This document shows, in pieces, positions 11,377 to 24,599 of a stretch of 64,000 nt of DNA. The notes beneath the pieces were generated by a model, which did not search any database, was not told the DNA's origin, and saw only the letters and a program-made list of their open reading frames with translations. The stretch lies in the NCBI RefSeq assembly GCF_009914755.1, contig NC_060929.1. One strand, given 5' to 3'. Numbering within the stretch: position 1 is the first letter of the stretch; each line of letters begins with the position of its first letter. The stretch comes from the human T2T-CHM13v2.0 reference genome, Homo sapiens. The translations under genes and the position numbers were made by a program.

Positions 11377-13685
11377 AGCTATAAAGAAAAAACTCTTTTT
11401 TTTTTTTTTTAAACAAGGAAAGAATGAACATTTGACCTTTGTCGCGGACTTCCCAAAAAAGGAAGGAAACTACTCTCGCATCCATCCATGTCATCTACAT
11501 GATTGTGTAGAAGATCTTGTTTCCTGAGCTATCTTGATCCACAGGGCTTTTTGATCACTGGATTAGAAATTTCTCCTGCACTCTCATTTTGAGAATAAAT
11601 TGCTCGTGGGCTACCCCCATAACTTTGGGGAGAAAAAAGAAAATTGACTGTGCTTATGAGTTGGACACATGAAAATGAACAGATATGAGCAGGCAGAAGT
11701 TGAGTTAATCACTCCCTCAAATTTAATCACGAGGAAAGCTCCCCTCTTCTCTCGAAGATTTCCATGTGGCTATGGTTGCAAGTGACCCTGTCCTTTCAGT
11801 CATGGGTCTGGCGAATGTGAAATTATTTTGGTATGTCGATCTGAAATGCCTCCCATGATTACTTTGGAGTTATCAAATGGAGGTCAGAAACAAGGCAGTA
11901 AGGTCTCTCACCTTTCAAAAAAACAAGATTTGAGGAGAGCATAGTTTCTGAGTGGGATAATTCAACAGAGTTGGGAATGAGAAGGGTCTCAGGGCTGGGA
12001 TATAGATGCTACCTGTCAAAATGGAAGAGAGCAGCTGAGGAGATGCGAGCTCAGACTGCTTCAGGCAGCACTCCTCATTACTCATGCTTTCATCGCTATT
12101 AAAATGCATTCCCAGGTCTTTCACTGTGCAAAAATGATTTTGGTCAAAATGCATTGAAAATATAATGGCGTGAATAGGAGAAATACCAGTTTCCTGCTTG
12201 CAGCACTACTCAGATTTAGGATTTATTATTTTTAAAGTCAGTACATAAAATTGCCTTAGAAAGAGTCTCCTGCATTTCAAGTAGCCTTTTTCTTAAGGAA
12301 AGTCTTCTGAAGTTGAGTTTAACTGCAAAGGAAATACAACGTGAAAACACAGTATAAATTAGAGTGGTTATTGCTCTGCATCACTTTGTGTGTTCCTATA
12401 GCAACCCCTCCAATTTTACTTGCCCCTTATTGACCAGGCATATTTTTCGTGACTGCTCACAGCAGAATAAAAAATGAAGAAGAAAAAGAAAATGAGGTGG
12501 GGGATGAGAATTAAAGCTATCTTTTGTTCTTTTACAACCACAGGTTAACTGGTTATAAATGTCCCCCTTCCTTCAAATAAGTGTCATGGAGTTTTCCTTG
12601 CTTAAATTAATTCTTTCCAAGCAGTCCACAGAAACAATCAGCCCCATATGCTTACCCGAAGCATTTGGATTCTGAGACAAATGCAGCCCCATGACTATGT
12701 ATATTAGCCAGATGCAGGCTATATTTACCCACCCTATGCTTACAGCGACTGCACTGTCAAGAGAAATGTAAATATTAATGAAGGATGTTTCCCAGGATAG
12801 GATCTTCAGTGAGTGCTCTTCATCTGTCAAAACTGACTCAATCAGTACACACTTTCTGGACAGATCGAATGTTTATAGAGCCATAAATTGACATTTATCT
12901 GACAATTTTGGTATTCCTATCAAATGGCTTTCTTTACTAGGCCTAGGCATTTCAACACACGGTTGGTGTTACTGTGGAGAAATTAAACATACACTCTCCT
13001 TCACATTTTTCAAGTGAAGATAAGAATAAACTGGATGTACAGCTAGTGGCCCTTTCAAGAGTTATTTGGGTATGAAATGTAAACATTGGCCTAAGTAAAA
13101 AGGTAGAGATAAATCCTAATACAGTACTTTACCCTTGTCTGTTAGGAAAGGAAAAAATCCTATTATAAAAGTACTCATTATTAAATTAATTGTGAAATAA
13201 CATGATGTATATGCATAAAGAGATACTTGTGTTATAGTCTCCAAAATATTAACAGATGATGAGATTGCTACTTTCTTTTCTGTGACTTTTTTTTCCGAAA
13301 ACAAAACAAATCTATAAAAATAAATCTAAACTACTTGTTTTTCAAAAGTTAAATATAACTGTTAAAAGAATAAAACTTACATAATATATGCACACTCAAA
13401 CATACACATACACACAAACCCTGTAAGTTAAATAACTCTTAAGAATAGGAAGACACTAGCTGTTACTGACATTTACCATATGCCTGCCAATTTCCAACAG
13501 GACCATATTTTATAAAATTAGCCATATTATGTTTACCTTATACATGTAATAGGATTTATTGCCTCCCAACATCGAGATTGTTAAGCAATATCAGTATATA
13601 TTTATAATATATAGGATAATTATGATCCTAAAATAGGTCTTATAATTTTTAAAAATAATTCAAAAATCAATTGCAAAAGTTAAAT

Positions 13686-14163
13686 GTGTGTATGTGTGTG
13701 TTCAGCATGTGTGTTTTTACAAGAGCACAAATCCATTTTTATTTATTTACTTTTTATTATTTTTAATCCTTAAGGGGTACGGTATCATACAGATTCTGTG
13801 TCCAATGGCCTTAGCCAAAAGATTGCTTTGGAATTTGGCACAAACCATGCCATTGTTTCCATGCACTGGAGTTACCTTTCTCAAGATTACTCTTGGTCTG
13901 GTTTTGTTTGGTTTACTACCAGGAGTCACTGTGTTGTTCTTTGCATTGTATACATAAACACAACTCTTGCCCAAATAAAGTTAAGTTTCATCATGGGCAT
14001 AAACGCCTTCAGTTCAAAAGAGAGATGCACATTCCCTTTGGTTCTGGAGACCCAGCTCATAGCCAACAAAAATGGCCTTGGACCACAGCCTTTCAGACAT
14101 ATTTGCCTTTTACATGTCCTGTTCCTAGCAGGCCTCCTCAGGCTCCAAGATGACGTAAAGAGG
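13686..14163 (-). pseudogene. RPL35AP: Processed pseudogene of 60S ribosomal protein L35a (RPL35A/eL33)
   Basis: From ATG at 14100 (-): [110 protein letters not shown] versus RPL35[25 protein letters not shown]...KAIGHRIRVMLYPSRI. Intronless, 5' UTR and 3' UTR with AATAAA present, two in-frame stops, TSD GCAAAAGTTA(A/C)AT at 13673-13685 and 14163-14175. The numbered locus cannot be assigned. Confidence 0.96.
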
Positions 14164-15029
14164 CAAAAGTTACATTTGAATGCTGAAGACCCAAATAGCC
14201 AAAGGCAGCAGAGAAACAAGTGCTCTGAGGCTACCTAAAAGAGGACCTATTATTTCTGTGCCTTCTCCAGAAATATCCAGAGGACCAGAGAGAAGCACAT
14301 CAATAAAAACATCTATAGGCATGACAGAGTACAGTCAAGTTAACGGAAACCTTATGCCATGATCTCTTTCACATTTTGGTTTGTTTCAGTTTGTTTAGAC
14401 AATTGAGGTAACAGCAAACAAGTCCATCTTAAGAGTCAGATGGACAGCTAAAAAGAATCTAAGAGGTCCCCAATAACCATCACTTTTCCTTTCTATTACT
14501 CCAAATGTTTTTCTTTTGTCAACATCTATTAAAACAATTCTACCAGGCTACTAACGTTGGCTACATATCTGATCACAGGATCATCCATTTAGCTTTGGTA
14601 CTTTTCAAAATGTAATTAGCCCAGAAAATAGTGTAGGTTGGTTTTTATGGCATATACTTGAAAGCAGGTTTTACTAAAGGAATTAGAGACAACCTAAATA
14701 TTCTGGTGTATCTTCAATATACCTTACTACCACACTTGTCACATTGTATTTTAATTTTGTACCTGTTTATTAATATACTCCCCCAATTCAGCAATAAACT
14801 TAAACTCAAAAATTACTAGGTGCTCAAAAATGTTTTGTGTTTTGATTTTTGTTTGCTCGTTCATTTTTAAGAATTAAATATGTCAGGGGCTGTGAAAGGA
14901 GAAAAGGGTGGTGATTGTTTGATTCCCTAAAACAGAATAAAGGAAAGTAAATCTTTTACCTTCTTGGTCTGCTCAGCAGGTTTTTCATTTATAGATTTTT
15001 CTTTCTCTACCCTGATGGGACTGCCAATC

Positions 15030-15458
15030 ACATAGCTTCACCTGTAGTACAAAGGTGCTTGGCAATGATGCTAAGCCAACCAGAATACCCTATCTCTCTA
15101 GAATTATTAATTAAGTCATCAGTAGCAAAATGACTCAGCCAAGCCAATCAGAGTTCTTTTGTGAGGGATTGATATGGACCTTGAAATTTAAGATTCTTTC
15201 TCTAGAGATTCAGACCATTGAAGATCATTAAGGATTATCATTGCTGAGAATGAGGCCTACTAGGAAAAAGGAGAGCTAAGAGGAAGAAAAAAAATTGGAT
15301 AGATTTCCTAATGACATCATTAAATTCTTAAGTCAAGCCATACCCAACATTGGACATTCCATAGATATTCATATGAGCCAATATGTTACTTAATTTGTTC
15401 GTTCAAGTTTGTTTGAGTAGAGTCTGTCATGTCTTATAACCTAAAGTCTTAACTAATA
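15030..15458 (+). mobile_element. Old MLT1 (MaLR) LTR, MLT1K/L-like
   Basis: TGACTCAGCCAAGCCAATCAGAGT and end GAGCCAAT...TTCAAGTTTGTTTGAGT...CTTAACTAATA. Confidence 0.5.
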
Positions 15459-17131
15459 TATGGGGTGCTATAGAGTTTACAAAGCGCCAAGCATTGAAAG
15501 CAAAATGTGACTGGATAACACAAAAGAGCTGAGCCAAGACTGCTTTCTCCATTCTTTGTGGAGCTAGTGGCCTCTTGCCTCTGCTTCTTATTAAAAATTT
15601 GCTTCAGTTTCTTCCTGTCTCTGCAATTTATGTATTTCCATTCTGTATTTATAATTGTGCCTTCTCCTTTTCTGTATAACAATGTCAGATAGTTAGCATG
15701 TAACCTAGAGTCAGGGCCAGAATTACTACCATTCCTCAGAGCACTATGGAGCATGTTGTCTCAGCTTTCTCTCTGCCTCAGCTTCCTTTCACAACATTCC
15801 ACTAGAGATTCAAGGCAATTCGATCCTGTTGATATACCCTACATGAGTCAGCACCATAGGACAGACAGTAAGGATGTAAAGCGAATCTGGAAAACCAAAC
15901 AATTTATCTGATAGAATGAAGCAACGTAAATTGAAGAATACAGAATTTGTCCAAAGTTTTATTTTGTTTGCTAGTTTAAAATATGTGCAAGTCCTGCTGG
16001 AAAGGTCTAATTTATATCTGAGAAGCAAGCTGTTTTCTGATCTAATGTACCTTTTTAGTTTAAAAGGATGCATTTTAGCAGGAAATTCTCTGGTTAGCTC
16101 AACAAGCCTTGCACTGCAATCTGACTACACATACTGGAGTGAAGCGTCATCATGCCCTTGGGTCACGAGGAAGAGCCTCATATTGATAAGATACCAGGTC
16201 TACCTATACCCCTAATAACTGAATTATTTATCCTGTAACAAAGTTTGTTTCACCAAGACTTAAGTTAAGCAACTCTTAGAGACAATTGGAATAAAAGTAA
16301 AGCATTGAAACCTAAATGTAACTATTAAATTTAAAATTATTGCCCAGATAAAGTGGAGTTCAAAATTAATTATATAAAACATGTTGGTTTTATGACTAAA
16401 TATAGCTTTACATAACATACTTTTAATGTTTATGCTCATTGGAACTTTATTTCACTCCTTTCCTTTGGAAAATAGTACATTAAAATGTATTTGACCTGCT
16501 CTTTCTGCTTTCAAGGGAATGAATTACTTGCTATGGGCCATGCCACCCACACCTTCCTTTCTTATCCCCTCACACAGATTTTGCCAAAAGTTAAATTAAT
16601 TCCACCTAAGGTATTTTTTTTTTTTGCCTACATTTTCGGTCCTCCTCCACTTCAAGGAATCTTATTTTCACATTTAGTTAAATCTCCTATTTCTCTAAAA
16701 TAATCGCTCAAAGGGATTTGATGCCAGAAGTCCACATTAGCACAGCATTGCCCCATAGCCCTTCAGAATGCAGCTTTGAAATATTTGCACTGTGTGCCCC
16801 TGCAATTAAATGACAAACCAGTAGTTCCCCTGAGGGACTAGGCTGGTGTGATTTTACATTATGGAAGTTGTATACTTTTCTGTAATTATGCTGAGATCTA
16901 TTTGTGTTATTAGCAGGCTACTTCAATTTATAGAAACAGCAGATTGTAGATGTAGATCATCTGTAATTCTTTCACCTTCCAGATTAGGAAACCAATACCC
17001 AATCAAGTATTGTGACTGTCTAAATGTCACATAGCTACTGATTACTGTGTGACCTTTTCCTCTTTCAGAGGTTTTGAAAATCAAAGAAAATGTGTAATAA
17101 ATTGCAATAGCTCAATATCCTAAAGTCCCAG

Positions 17132-18998
17132 TGAGAGGTGACAGCATGCTGGCAGTCCTCAGAGCCCTCGCTTGCTCTCGGCACCTCCCCTGCCTGGGCT
17201 CCCACTTTGGTGGCATTTGAGGAGCCCTTCAGCTCCCCCCCTGCACTGTGGGAGCCCCTTTCTGGGCTGGCCAAGGCTGGAGCCCACTCCCTCAGCTTGC
17301 AGGGAGGTGTGGAGGGAGAGGCACGGGCGGGAACCGGGGCTGCATGCGGCGCTTGAGGGCCAGCTGGAGTTCCGGGTGGGCGTGGGCTTGGTGGGCCCCG
17401 CACTCGGAGCAGCCGGCCAGCCCTGCTGGCCCCAGGCAATGGGGGACTTAGCACCCGGGCCAGTGGCTGCGGAGGGTGTACTGAGTCCCCCCAGCAGTGC
17501 CCGCCCACCGGCGCTGTGCTCGATTCCTCGCCGGGCCTTAGCTGCCTTCCTGCGGGGCAGGGCTCGGGACCTGCAGCCCGCCATGCCTGAGCCTCCCACC
17601 CACTCCATGGGCTCCTGTGTGGCGCGAGCCTCTCCGACGAGCACCACCCCCTACTCCACGGCGCCCAGTCCCATCGACCACCCAAGGGCTGAGGAATGCG
17701 AGTGCACGGCGCAGGACTGGCAGGCAGCTCCACCTGCAGCCCAGGTGCGGGATCCACTTGGTGAAGCCAGCTGGGCTCCTGAGTCTGGTGGGGACGTGGA
17801 GAGTCTTTATGTCTAGCTCAGGGATTGTAAATACACCAATCAGCACCCTGTGTTTAGCTCAAGGTTTGTGAGTGCACCAATGGACACTCTGTATCTAGCT
17901 GCTCTGGTGGGGACGTGGAGAACCTCTATGTCTAGCTCAGGGATTGTAAATACACCAATCGGTACTCTGTATCTAGCACAAGGTTTGTAAACATACCAAT
18001 CAGCACCCTGTGTTTAGCTCAAGGTTTGTGAGTGCACCAATCGACACTCTGTATCTAGCTGCTCTGGTGGGGCCTTGCAGAACCTTTATGTCTAGCTCAG
18101 GGATTGTAAATACACCAATCGGCACTCTGTGTCTGGCTCAGGGTTTGTGGACACACCAATCAGCACCCTGTGTTTAGCTCAAGGTTTGTGAATGCACCAA
18201 TCGACACTCTGTGTCTAGCTGCTCTGGTGGGGCCTTGGAGAACCTTTATGCCTAGCTCAGGGATTGTAAATACACCAATCGGCACTCTGTATGTAGCTCA
18301 AGGTTTGTAAACACACCAATCAGCACCCTGTGTTTAGCTCAAGGTTTGTGAATGCACCAATCGACACTCTGTATCTAGCTGCTCTGGTGGGGCCTCGGAG
18401 AACCTGTGTGTCCAAACTCTGTATCTAACTAATCTGATGGGGACCTGGAGAACCTTTGTATCTAGCTCAGGGATTGTAAACGCACCAATCAGCGCCCTGA
18501 CAAAACAGGCCACTGGGCTCTACCAATCAGCAGGATGTGGGTGGGGCCAGATAAGAGAATAAAAGCAGGCTGCCGGAGCCAACATTGGCAACCCGCTGGG
18601 GTCCCCTTCCACACTGTGGAAGCTTTGTTCTTTCGCTCTTTGCAATAAATCTTGCTACTGCTCACTCTTTGGGTCCACGCTGTTTTTATGAGCTGTAACA
18701 CTCACCGCGAAGATCTGCAGCTTCACTCCTGAGCCCAGCAAGACCATGAGCCCACCGGGAGGAACGAACAACTCCAGACGCACTGCCTTAAGAGCTGTAA
18801 CACTCACCGCGAAGGTCTGCAGCTTCACTCCTGAGCCAGCAAGACCATGAACCCACCAGAAGGAAAAAACTCCGGACACATATGAACATCAGAAGGGACA
18901 GACTCCAGACACGCCACCTTAAGAGCTGTAACACCGCGAGGGTCTGCGGCTTCATTCTTGAAGACAGTGAGACCAAGAACCCACCAATTCCGGACGCA
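17132..18998 (+). mobile_element. Solo LTR12C (ERV9 LTR), 1867 bp, 4-bp TSD
   Basis: Starts TGAGAGGTGACAGCATGCTGGCAGTCCTCAGAGCCCTCG, ends GAACCCACCAATTCCGGACGCA; TSD CCAG at 17128-17131 and 18999-19002; GC/CpG-rich 5' part, tandem enhancer repeats, U5 repeats. Confidence 0.96.
17810..18660 (+). promoter_or_regulatory. LTR12C U3 enhancer/promoter: CCAAT array, TATA-like box and polyA signal
   Basis: 13 ACCAAT boxes counted between ~17835 and ~18527; TATC/GATA motifs in the repeats; AATAAAAGCAGG TATA-like element at ~18558; AATAAA at ~18645. LTR12 is an established NF-Y-driven promoter; activity of this copy is not shown by sequence. Confidence 0.75.
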
Positions 18999-20719
18999 CC
19001 AGGAGCTTAAGTTACACTGTACTCAATGACTAATGTCTGGGTGTTACCTCAGAACTCCCAAGTTTCCAAAACCAACACTGATTGCCTGAACTAGATGATT
19101 TTTTCCTGTACATTATTCACCAAATCCCATCTGAAGGAATTGTTCTGGAGGCTAAAGTGTATCTCTTCTTATACATACATGAGAAATAATAGATTATTCA
19201 AAATACAGCAAGAACTGTATTGCCTGTGAATTGGATGTTTGTCCTGAATCCATATGTGGAAGACAGCAATGTCAAGAATACAAGACCCTGCTTCTGTGTT
19301 CTTCAACACCAGCAGCAAAGAGGGGCTTTGCACAAGGAACATTCTATTACACGACACATGCAAAGACCCTCAGGAAGTTTCTTCTGGAATGAAATTCCAG
19401 GTTCTCCCAAATCCAATCCCTCTCATAATATAGCACCAATAATTTGGGTGGCCTAAACATCCCGCTTGCTTGCAGACTTTCATTATTTCTCTTCCATTTT
19501 CTTTAGCAAGTGATGGGGATTGGTCCAAAATAAATCAAAATGTAACACAAATTTGGAAAGGCAAAAAAGCCTTCTTCAGTGTGACCAATATAGTCACTTT
19601 GATGTCTTCTATATTTAAGATTTTATGTGCTGCTTCTGAAATAAAGCTTAGTTATTTCTTGTTATATTTATAAAATAATAAACACAAAAATGGAAATTCT
19701 AATTTTAAGGTATTAAATAACTTTTCAAAAGAGCTTTTCTTTTCAATATAAAATATAGAACATGTTAATTTTATAAGCAAAGCAGTTTTACCTAATGTTT
19801 TCTGTCTCTACCTCTGATGCCTTTTCTTAGACAACCGTATAAATTGGCTTTGGCTGATAATGTCATGTGACAGCCAAATAAATTGCATAATCCAGCGTAT
19901 TCCTTAACACTTCTTTCTTTTTCCCATTGTTGCCTCTCCCTCTTTTATACTCCAGCCCTTTGAAGTTTTAAGACTCCTAGGTAGATTAAGCTCATCCCCA
20001 GATTGCATATTTCTCATGTTTTCCTTTATATTCTCCTCTCTCGCTCTTTGGATAATCTCTGAGTAGGTGATATGTTTTTTTGAAGCTCCCTTGATTTTGC
20101 CAGATCTCTCTTTTTCTTTGAACTGGGACAAGGCTCTTTATATTAGATATAGCAATTCTAAAAATATTGGTTGAACACCCTGTTTAAATATCATGAATTC
20201 ATCCTCTGGACATTTGTATTGAGTACCTACACAGTGCCAATCCTCAAGGTATTTATAGTCTATCAGGGGAAGATTTTTTTTTTTAGTATCTTCTACCTCA
20301 TTACAGAAAACATAATTTGTGCCAGTGATTTGTAGGAAACAGATGATCAACAGAATTGTTGAGTTGTAGAGTGTCATATAATTGATACACTAAGCTAACA
20401 CAGTTTCTCTGTATCTTCTAAGGCAGAATAAATAGGTTGTGTGTGTATATGTTTGTGTGATTCCTTTATTGGGGGAAAATTTTACTCCTAATAATTTGTA
20501 ACAAAATTTATATTTCTTTATAATTTCTAATTTCCATATATTTTACATCTTATGTCTTACCCTTTTCCAAATCATTGATCCAACATCCTCTATTTTGACA
20601 GAGTGAAAAAGTGTAGTCTAAAAATAAAGAAATCTAAGATCAATTTCTGACTTTTCTATCATGGTTTACATCACTATATTTTGATTTAAGTCAGAGAAAT
20701 CTATTTTGGTCTCTTAGTA

Positions 20720-20870
20720 TTCAGAAAGATATTAAGCAAGTTGTTTAAATTCTCTGGGACTCAGTTTTCTCATCTGTAATATGAGGATGATATGAACATT
20801 CTCTCAAATAATAAGAATTAATTAACATAGTAAATTTAAACTGTCTATAGTAGGTAACAACAAATAAAAA
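20720..20870. mobile_element. MIR SINE fragment
   Basis: AAGCAAGTTGTTTAAATTCTCTGGGACTCAGTTTTCTCATCTGTAATATGAGGAT MIR core. Confidence 0.7.
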
Positions 20871-20913
20871 TGGGTTATTACACCCCAAGCAAAGTCCATG
20901 TCAACTATTTAGA

Positions 20914-21103
20914 GCAGAGGTTGACAACTTTTCTCTGTAAAGAGCCAGATAATAAGTGATGGCTATACTGTCTCTGTTGTAACTAAAGTACCCATAGACA
21001 ATATATAAATAAGTGAGTATGACTGTGTTCCAATAAAACTTTATTTACAAAAGCAAATGTTGGGCTAGATTTAGCTTATGGGTTGCAGTTGGAGGACTCC
21101 TGA
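20914..21103. mobile_element. MER58A hAT-Charlie MITE
   Basis: CAGAGGTTGACAACTTTTCTCTGTAAAGAGCCAGATA...TGTGTTCCAATAAAACTTTATTTACAAAA...GACTCCTG with CAG/CTG termini. Confidence 0.8.
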
Positions 21104-21199
21104 CTTAAAATATTGTACCTACATTTTACCTTTTGCTGCTGTCTACTTCTTATAACCCAATTCCACTCAACTTTTCTATGAATTTGGTAACTGATTCAT

Positions 21200-23280
21200 A
21201 TTTTCTTTTAAAATCTATTAAAACATATTAGATATAAAATGTATTAATGATAATACCTGTTAATTACCACTCGGATAAAATAATATAAAATATTACAAAA
21301 GTGAGTGGAATCTTCCTAAGTATCTTTTCTCAAATCCATTCCAATTCTTATTCCCAGAGATAAATGCCATGCTCATTTTGTGTATATCATTTCCTTACAT
21401 AGCCTTTTAGTTTTACCAAATATGTATATATTCTTTAAAAATATTCAGTCTATTTGACTATTTGCTATGATCTGAATGTTTATGTCCACTCAAATTCATA
21501 TGTTGAAATCTTAATCCCGATGTGATAGTATTAGGAGGTGGAGTTTTTGGGAGATAGATTATGAGGTTGGAACTCTCTTAAATGGGGTTGGTACCCTTAT
21601 AAAAAGACACAAAGGAGCTCGCTTTCTCTCTCTTTCTGTTTTCAGTCATAGGAAAATACGATGAGAAGTTGGCAGTCTGCATCTCAGAAGAGAGCCCTCA
21701 CAGAACTTGACCATGCTGGCACTTTGCTCTTGGACTTCCAGTCCCCAGAACTATGAGAAATAGATTTCTGTTGTTTAAGCCACTCAGTCTGTGATATTTT
21801 ATTATGGCAGCCAGAACTGACAAAGACAGTATTATATTTATATTATATTATATTAATGTATCCCATCTTTGTCTTTTCAGTTAAGAGGTGTTTAAGATAT
21901 ATCTATATGGATATATGTAGAATGGGTGCATTAATTTAATTTACACTTCTATATAATATTCAAATATATACATATACCACAATATATTAATTGATTCTTC
22001 TCCTCATAGAGATTTATGTTATCTGTACCTTTCTTTTTGCTTTTCTAAGCACTTTTGCTATGCATATTCTTATATACATGTTTTGCATGTATGAAGATTT
22101 ATCTAGAGTTAAATGCATAAAAATAAGTTGCTAAATCATTTTCTACTTTTCCAAGTTTTGCCAAAGAACCTTCAAATTGGCTTTAGGAATTTACATTCTT
22201 TTATGAAGATGGGAGAATTTTAACTAATTTATATGCATTCTCTACTGTCAGGCTTTTAGTGTTTTTCACAAGTTGTTAGGCACAAATGGTATTTTATTAT
22301 GATTTTAATGTGCATTTCTTTAAAAATTGGAGATAATTTTTTATATATCTATTTGTTCTTAGGTAAGGTTGCCAATACATATTATCAGATTTTCTACTGA
22401 ATTATTTATATTTCTCTTATAGATTTAAAAAAGTAATTTATGTATTATGGTACCTAATTGACACTTACTAAATTTGAAAATAATCTTCCAGGGAGTTACT
22501 GGACTTTTTACTTTGTTTCAGTGTCTTTTCATGCATGGAATTAAAATTTAATGTAGTATCAAATTTATCAATCTTCCTGTGCAAAACTGAGTCAATTTTA
22601 GAAATACTTTTCTATATTAATGTCATAAAAACATTTTTTCTCCAGGTTTTCAAATTGTTTTCTCACATATTTAGGCTTATTATTTATTTGGAATTAATTT
22701 TCACTTTTCATTGTGTAAGATAAGTATCCAACTCAATTTTTTTCTATACAAATAATTTCTCCACTAAAATTTATTGAAAAGTAAATGTCTTCCCTCAATG
22801 GTTTTCAATGTAAATTTTCTGATACAATATATTTATTTATATGGTATTTCCATTTTGTTTTCTTGGTCAATTTTTCTATCATCATTCCAATACCATGCTA
22901 CTTAATTACTTTAATTTCATAACAGACTGATGTTGTAGGGCAAAGAGCTTGTGTCTTGCCTATTTGTGGCTCTTGGCCTTTCCATATACATTTTGTTGAG
23001 AGGATTCTTGAAAAAATTCTTGTTTCATTACTTTTCCGTATACCCTCTTTTGTAAGTTTCTTGAAAAAAAAATCTTCTATGGGAGATCCAACTGCACATA
23101 ATTTTAGATTTATTTGGGAAGTATTGATAGCTTTATGCCAGTAAGTCTTTTTATCCATGAATATGTATATCTCCCCAAATGTTTAAATTTACTTAAATAA
23201 AATATGGTGTATTGATACTATTCAAATCACTTATGGTTAGTTTATTACTTTATATCAGTTGTTATAGAAAATAATGTTTT
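21200..23280 (-). mobile_element. Ancient L1M (L1ME/MC-like) relic, interrupted by MLT1A and continuing after the L1PB (~24240-24430)
   Basis: Very T-rich degraded antisense ORF2-like text (TTTGGAATTAATTTT, CCAAATACCATGC, TATCCATGAATATG). Confidence 0.55.
21463..21828 (+). mobile_element. MLT1A-type MaLR solo LTR
   Basis: TGCTATGATCTGAATGTTTATGTCC...TTGGACTTCCAGTCCCCAGAACTATGAGAAATAGATTTCTGTTGTTTAAGCCAC...GACAAAGACA; 5-bp TSD CTATT/GTATT (4/5). Confidence 0.85.
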
Positions 23281-23284
23281 ACTT

Positions 23285-24130
23285 AAAACAAATAATCCCA
23301 TCAAAAAGTGAGTAGAAGGCATGAATAGACATTTCTCAAAAGAAGCTATATAAATGGCCAACAAACCTATGAAAAAATGTTCAGCATCACTAATCATCAG
23401 GGAAAGGCAAATTAAAACCACAATGAGATATCACCTTACTCCTGCAAGAATGGTCGTAATTAAAAAGTCAAAAAACAATAGATGTAGGTGTAGATGTGGT
23501 TAAAAGGGAACACTTTTATACTGCTGGTGGGAATGCAAATTAATACAAGCTCTATTGAAAACAGTATAGAGATTCCTTAAAGAACTAAAAGCAAATCTAC
23601 CACTGGATCTGGCAGTCCCACTACTGGGTACCTACCCAAAGGAAAATAAGTCATTAGATGAAGACACATGCACACACATGTTTACAGCAGCACAATTCAC
23701 AATTGCAAAGATATGGAACCAACCTAAGTGCCCACTGACCAATGAGTGGACAAAGAAAATGTGGTATATATACACCATAGACTACTACTGAGCCATAAAA
23801 AGGAATGAAATAACGTCTTTTGCAGCAACTTGGATAGAGCTGGAGGCCATTATTCTAAGTGAAGTAACTCAGGAATGGAAAACCAAATACCATATATTCT
23901 TACTTCTAAGTGGGAGCTAAGCTATGAGGATGCAAAGACATTCAGAGTTATATAATGGACTTTGGGGATGTGAAGGGGAAGAATGGGGAGGTAAGGGATA
24001 AAAGACTGCATATTGGGTACAGTGTACACTACTCAGGTGGTGGGTGCACTAAAGTCTCAGAATTTACCACTATAGAATTCATTCATGTAATGAAAAACCA
24101 CTTATACCCCAAAAGCTATTGAAATAAGGA
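23285..24130 (+). mobile_element. L1PB (L1PB2-like) 3' fragment
   Basis: ORF2 C-terminal sequence (AATCCCATCAAAAAGTG...GACATTTCTCAAAAGAAG) and L1PB 3' UTR GGGTACAGTGTACACT...CCCCAAAAGCTATTGAAATAA. Confidence 0.88.
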
Positions 24131-24216
24131 AGAAAGAAAGAAAAAAAGGAAGAAAGAAAGAGAGAGAGAGGGAGACATGGAAAGAAAGATAGAGATAGAG
24201 AAAGTAAAGAAAGAGA
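24127..24216 (+). repeat. (GAAA)n/(GA)n purine-rich simple repeat derived from the L1PB tail
   Basis: Directly visible and contiguous with the L1PB 3' end. Confidence 0.85.
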
Positions 24217-24599
24217 ATAAATAAATATATTTTATTAATAAGATATTACCACTCTGTGACTGCTGTATAGGAATGCAACTATTGCTACATATTATTTTTT
24301 GTGCTAAGCAATCTTGCCACTCATATCATTTATAATGATTTCTCTGTAGAGTATTTCATGTTTTCTAATTCAGATAATTTTATCAAATAAACATAATGGC
24401 AGTTTAGTGTCTTTCTTTCCAATCCTTATATTTCTGACTATGGGTTTGGCATAGTAGTCCTGGACTACATGACTTTATTTATTTATTTTTTTAAGTGAGG
24501 CAGACATAAACATCTGACTTCTTTTAATCATTGTCCTTATAGCAACTCAATACTATTCTTAATAGACAGATTGATTCCATGAAGAGTGATAGAATATAA

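Noticed and set aside
13688-14362. Cluster of six ORFs, including a 146-aa + strand ORF
   Set aside because: Alternative and antisense frames of the RPL35A pseudogene and its flank.
17065-17871. Overlapping 102-230 aa ORFs on both strands and a CpG-island-like stretch
   Set aside because: All within the GC-rich U3 of LTR12C, where stops are scarce; Pro/Ala/Gly-rich and no domain; not a host gene promoter.
17810-18960. Regularly spaced ~40-bp repeats resembling a CRISPR array
   Set aside because: Primate DNA, no unique spacers, no cas genes; these are the LTR12 U3 and U5 tandem repeats.
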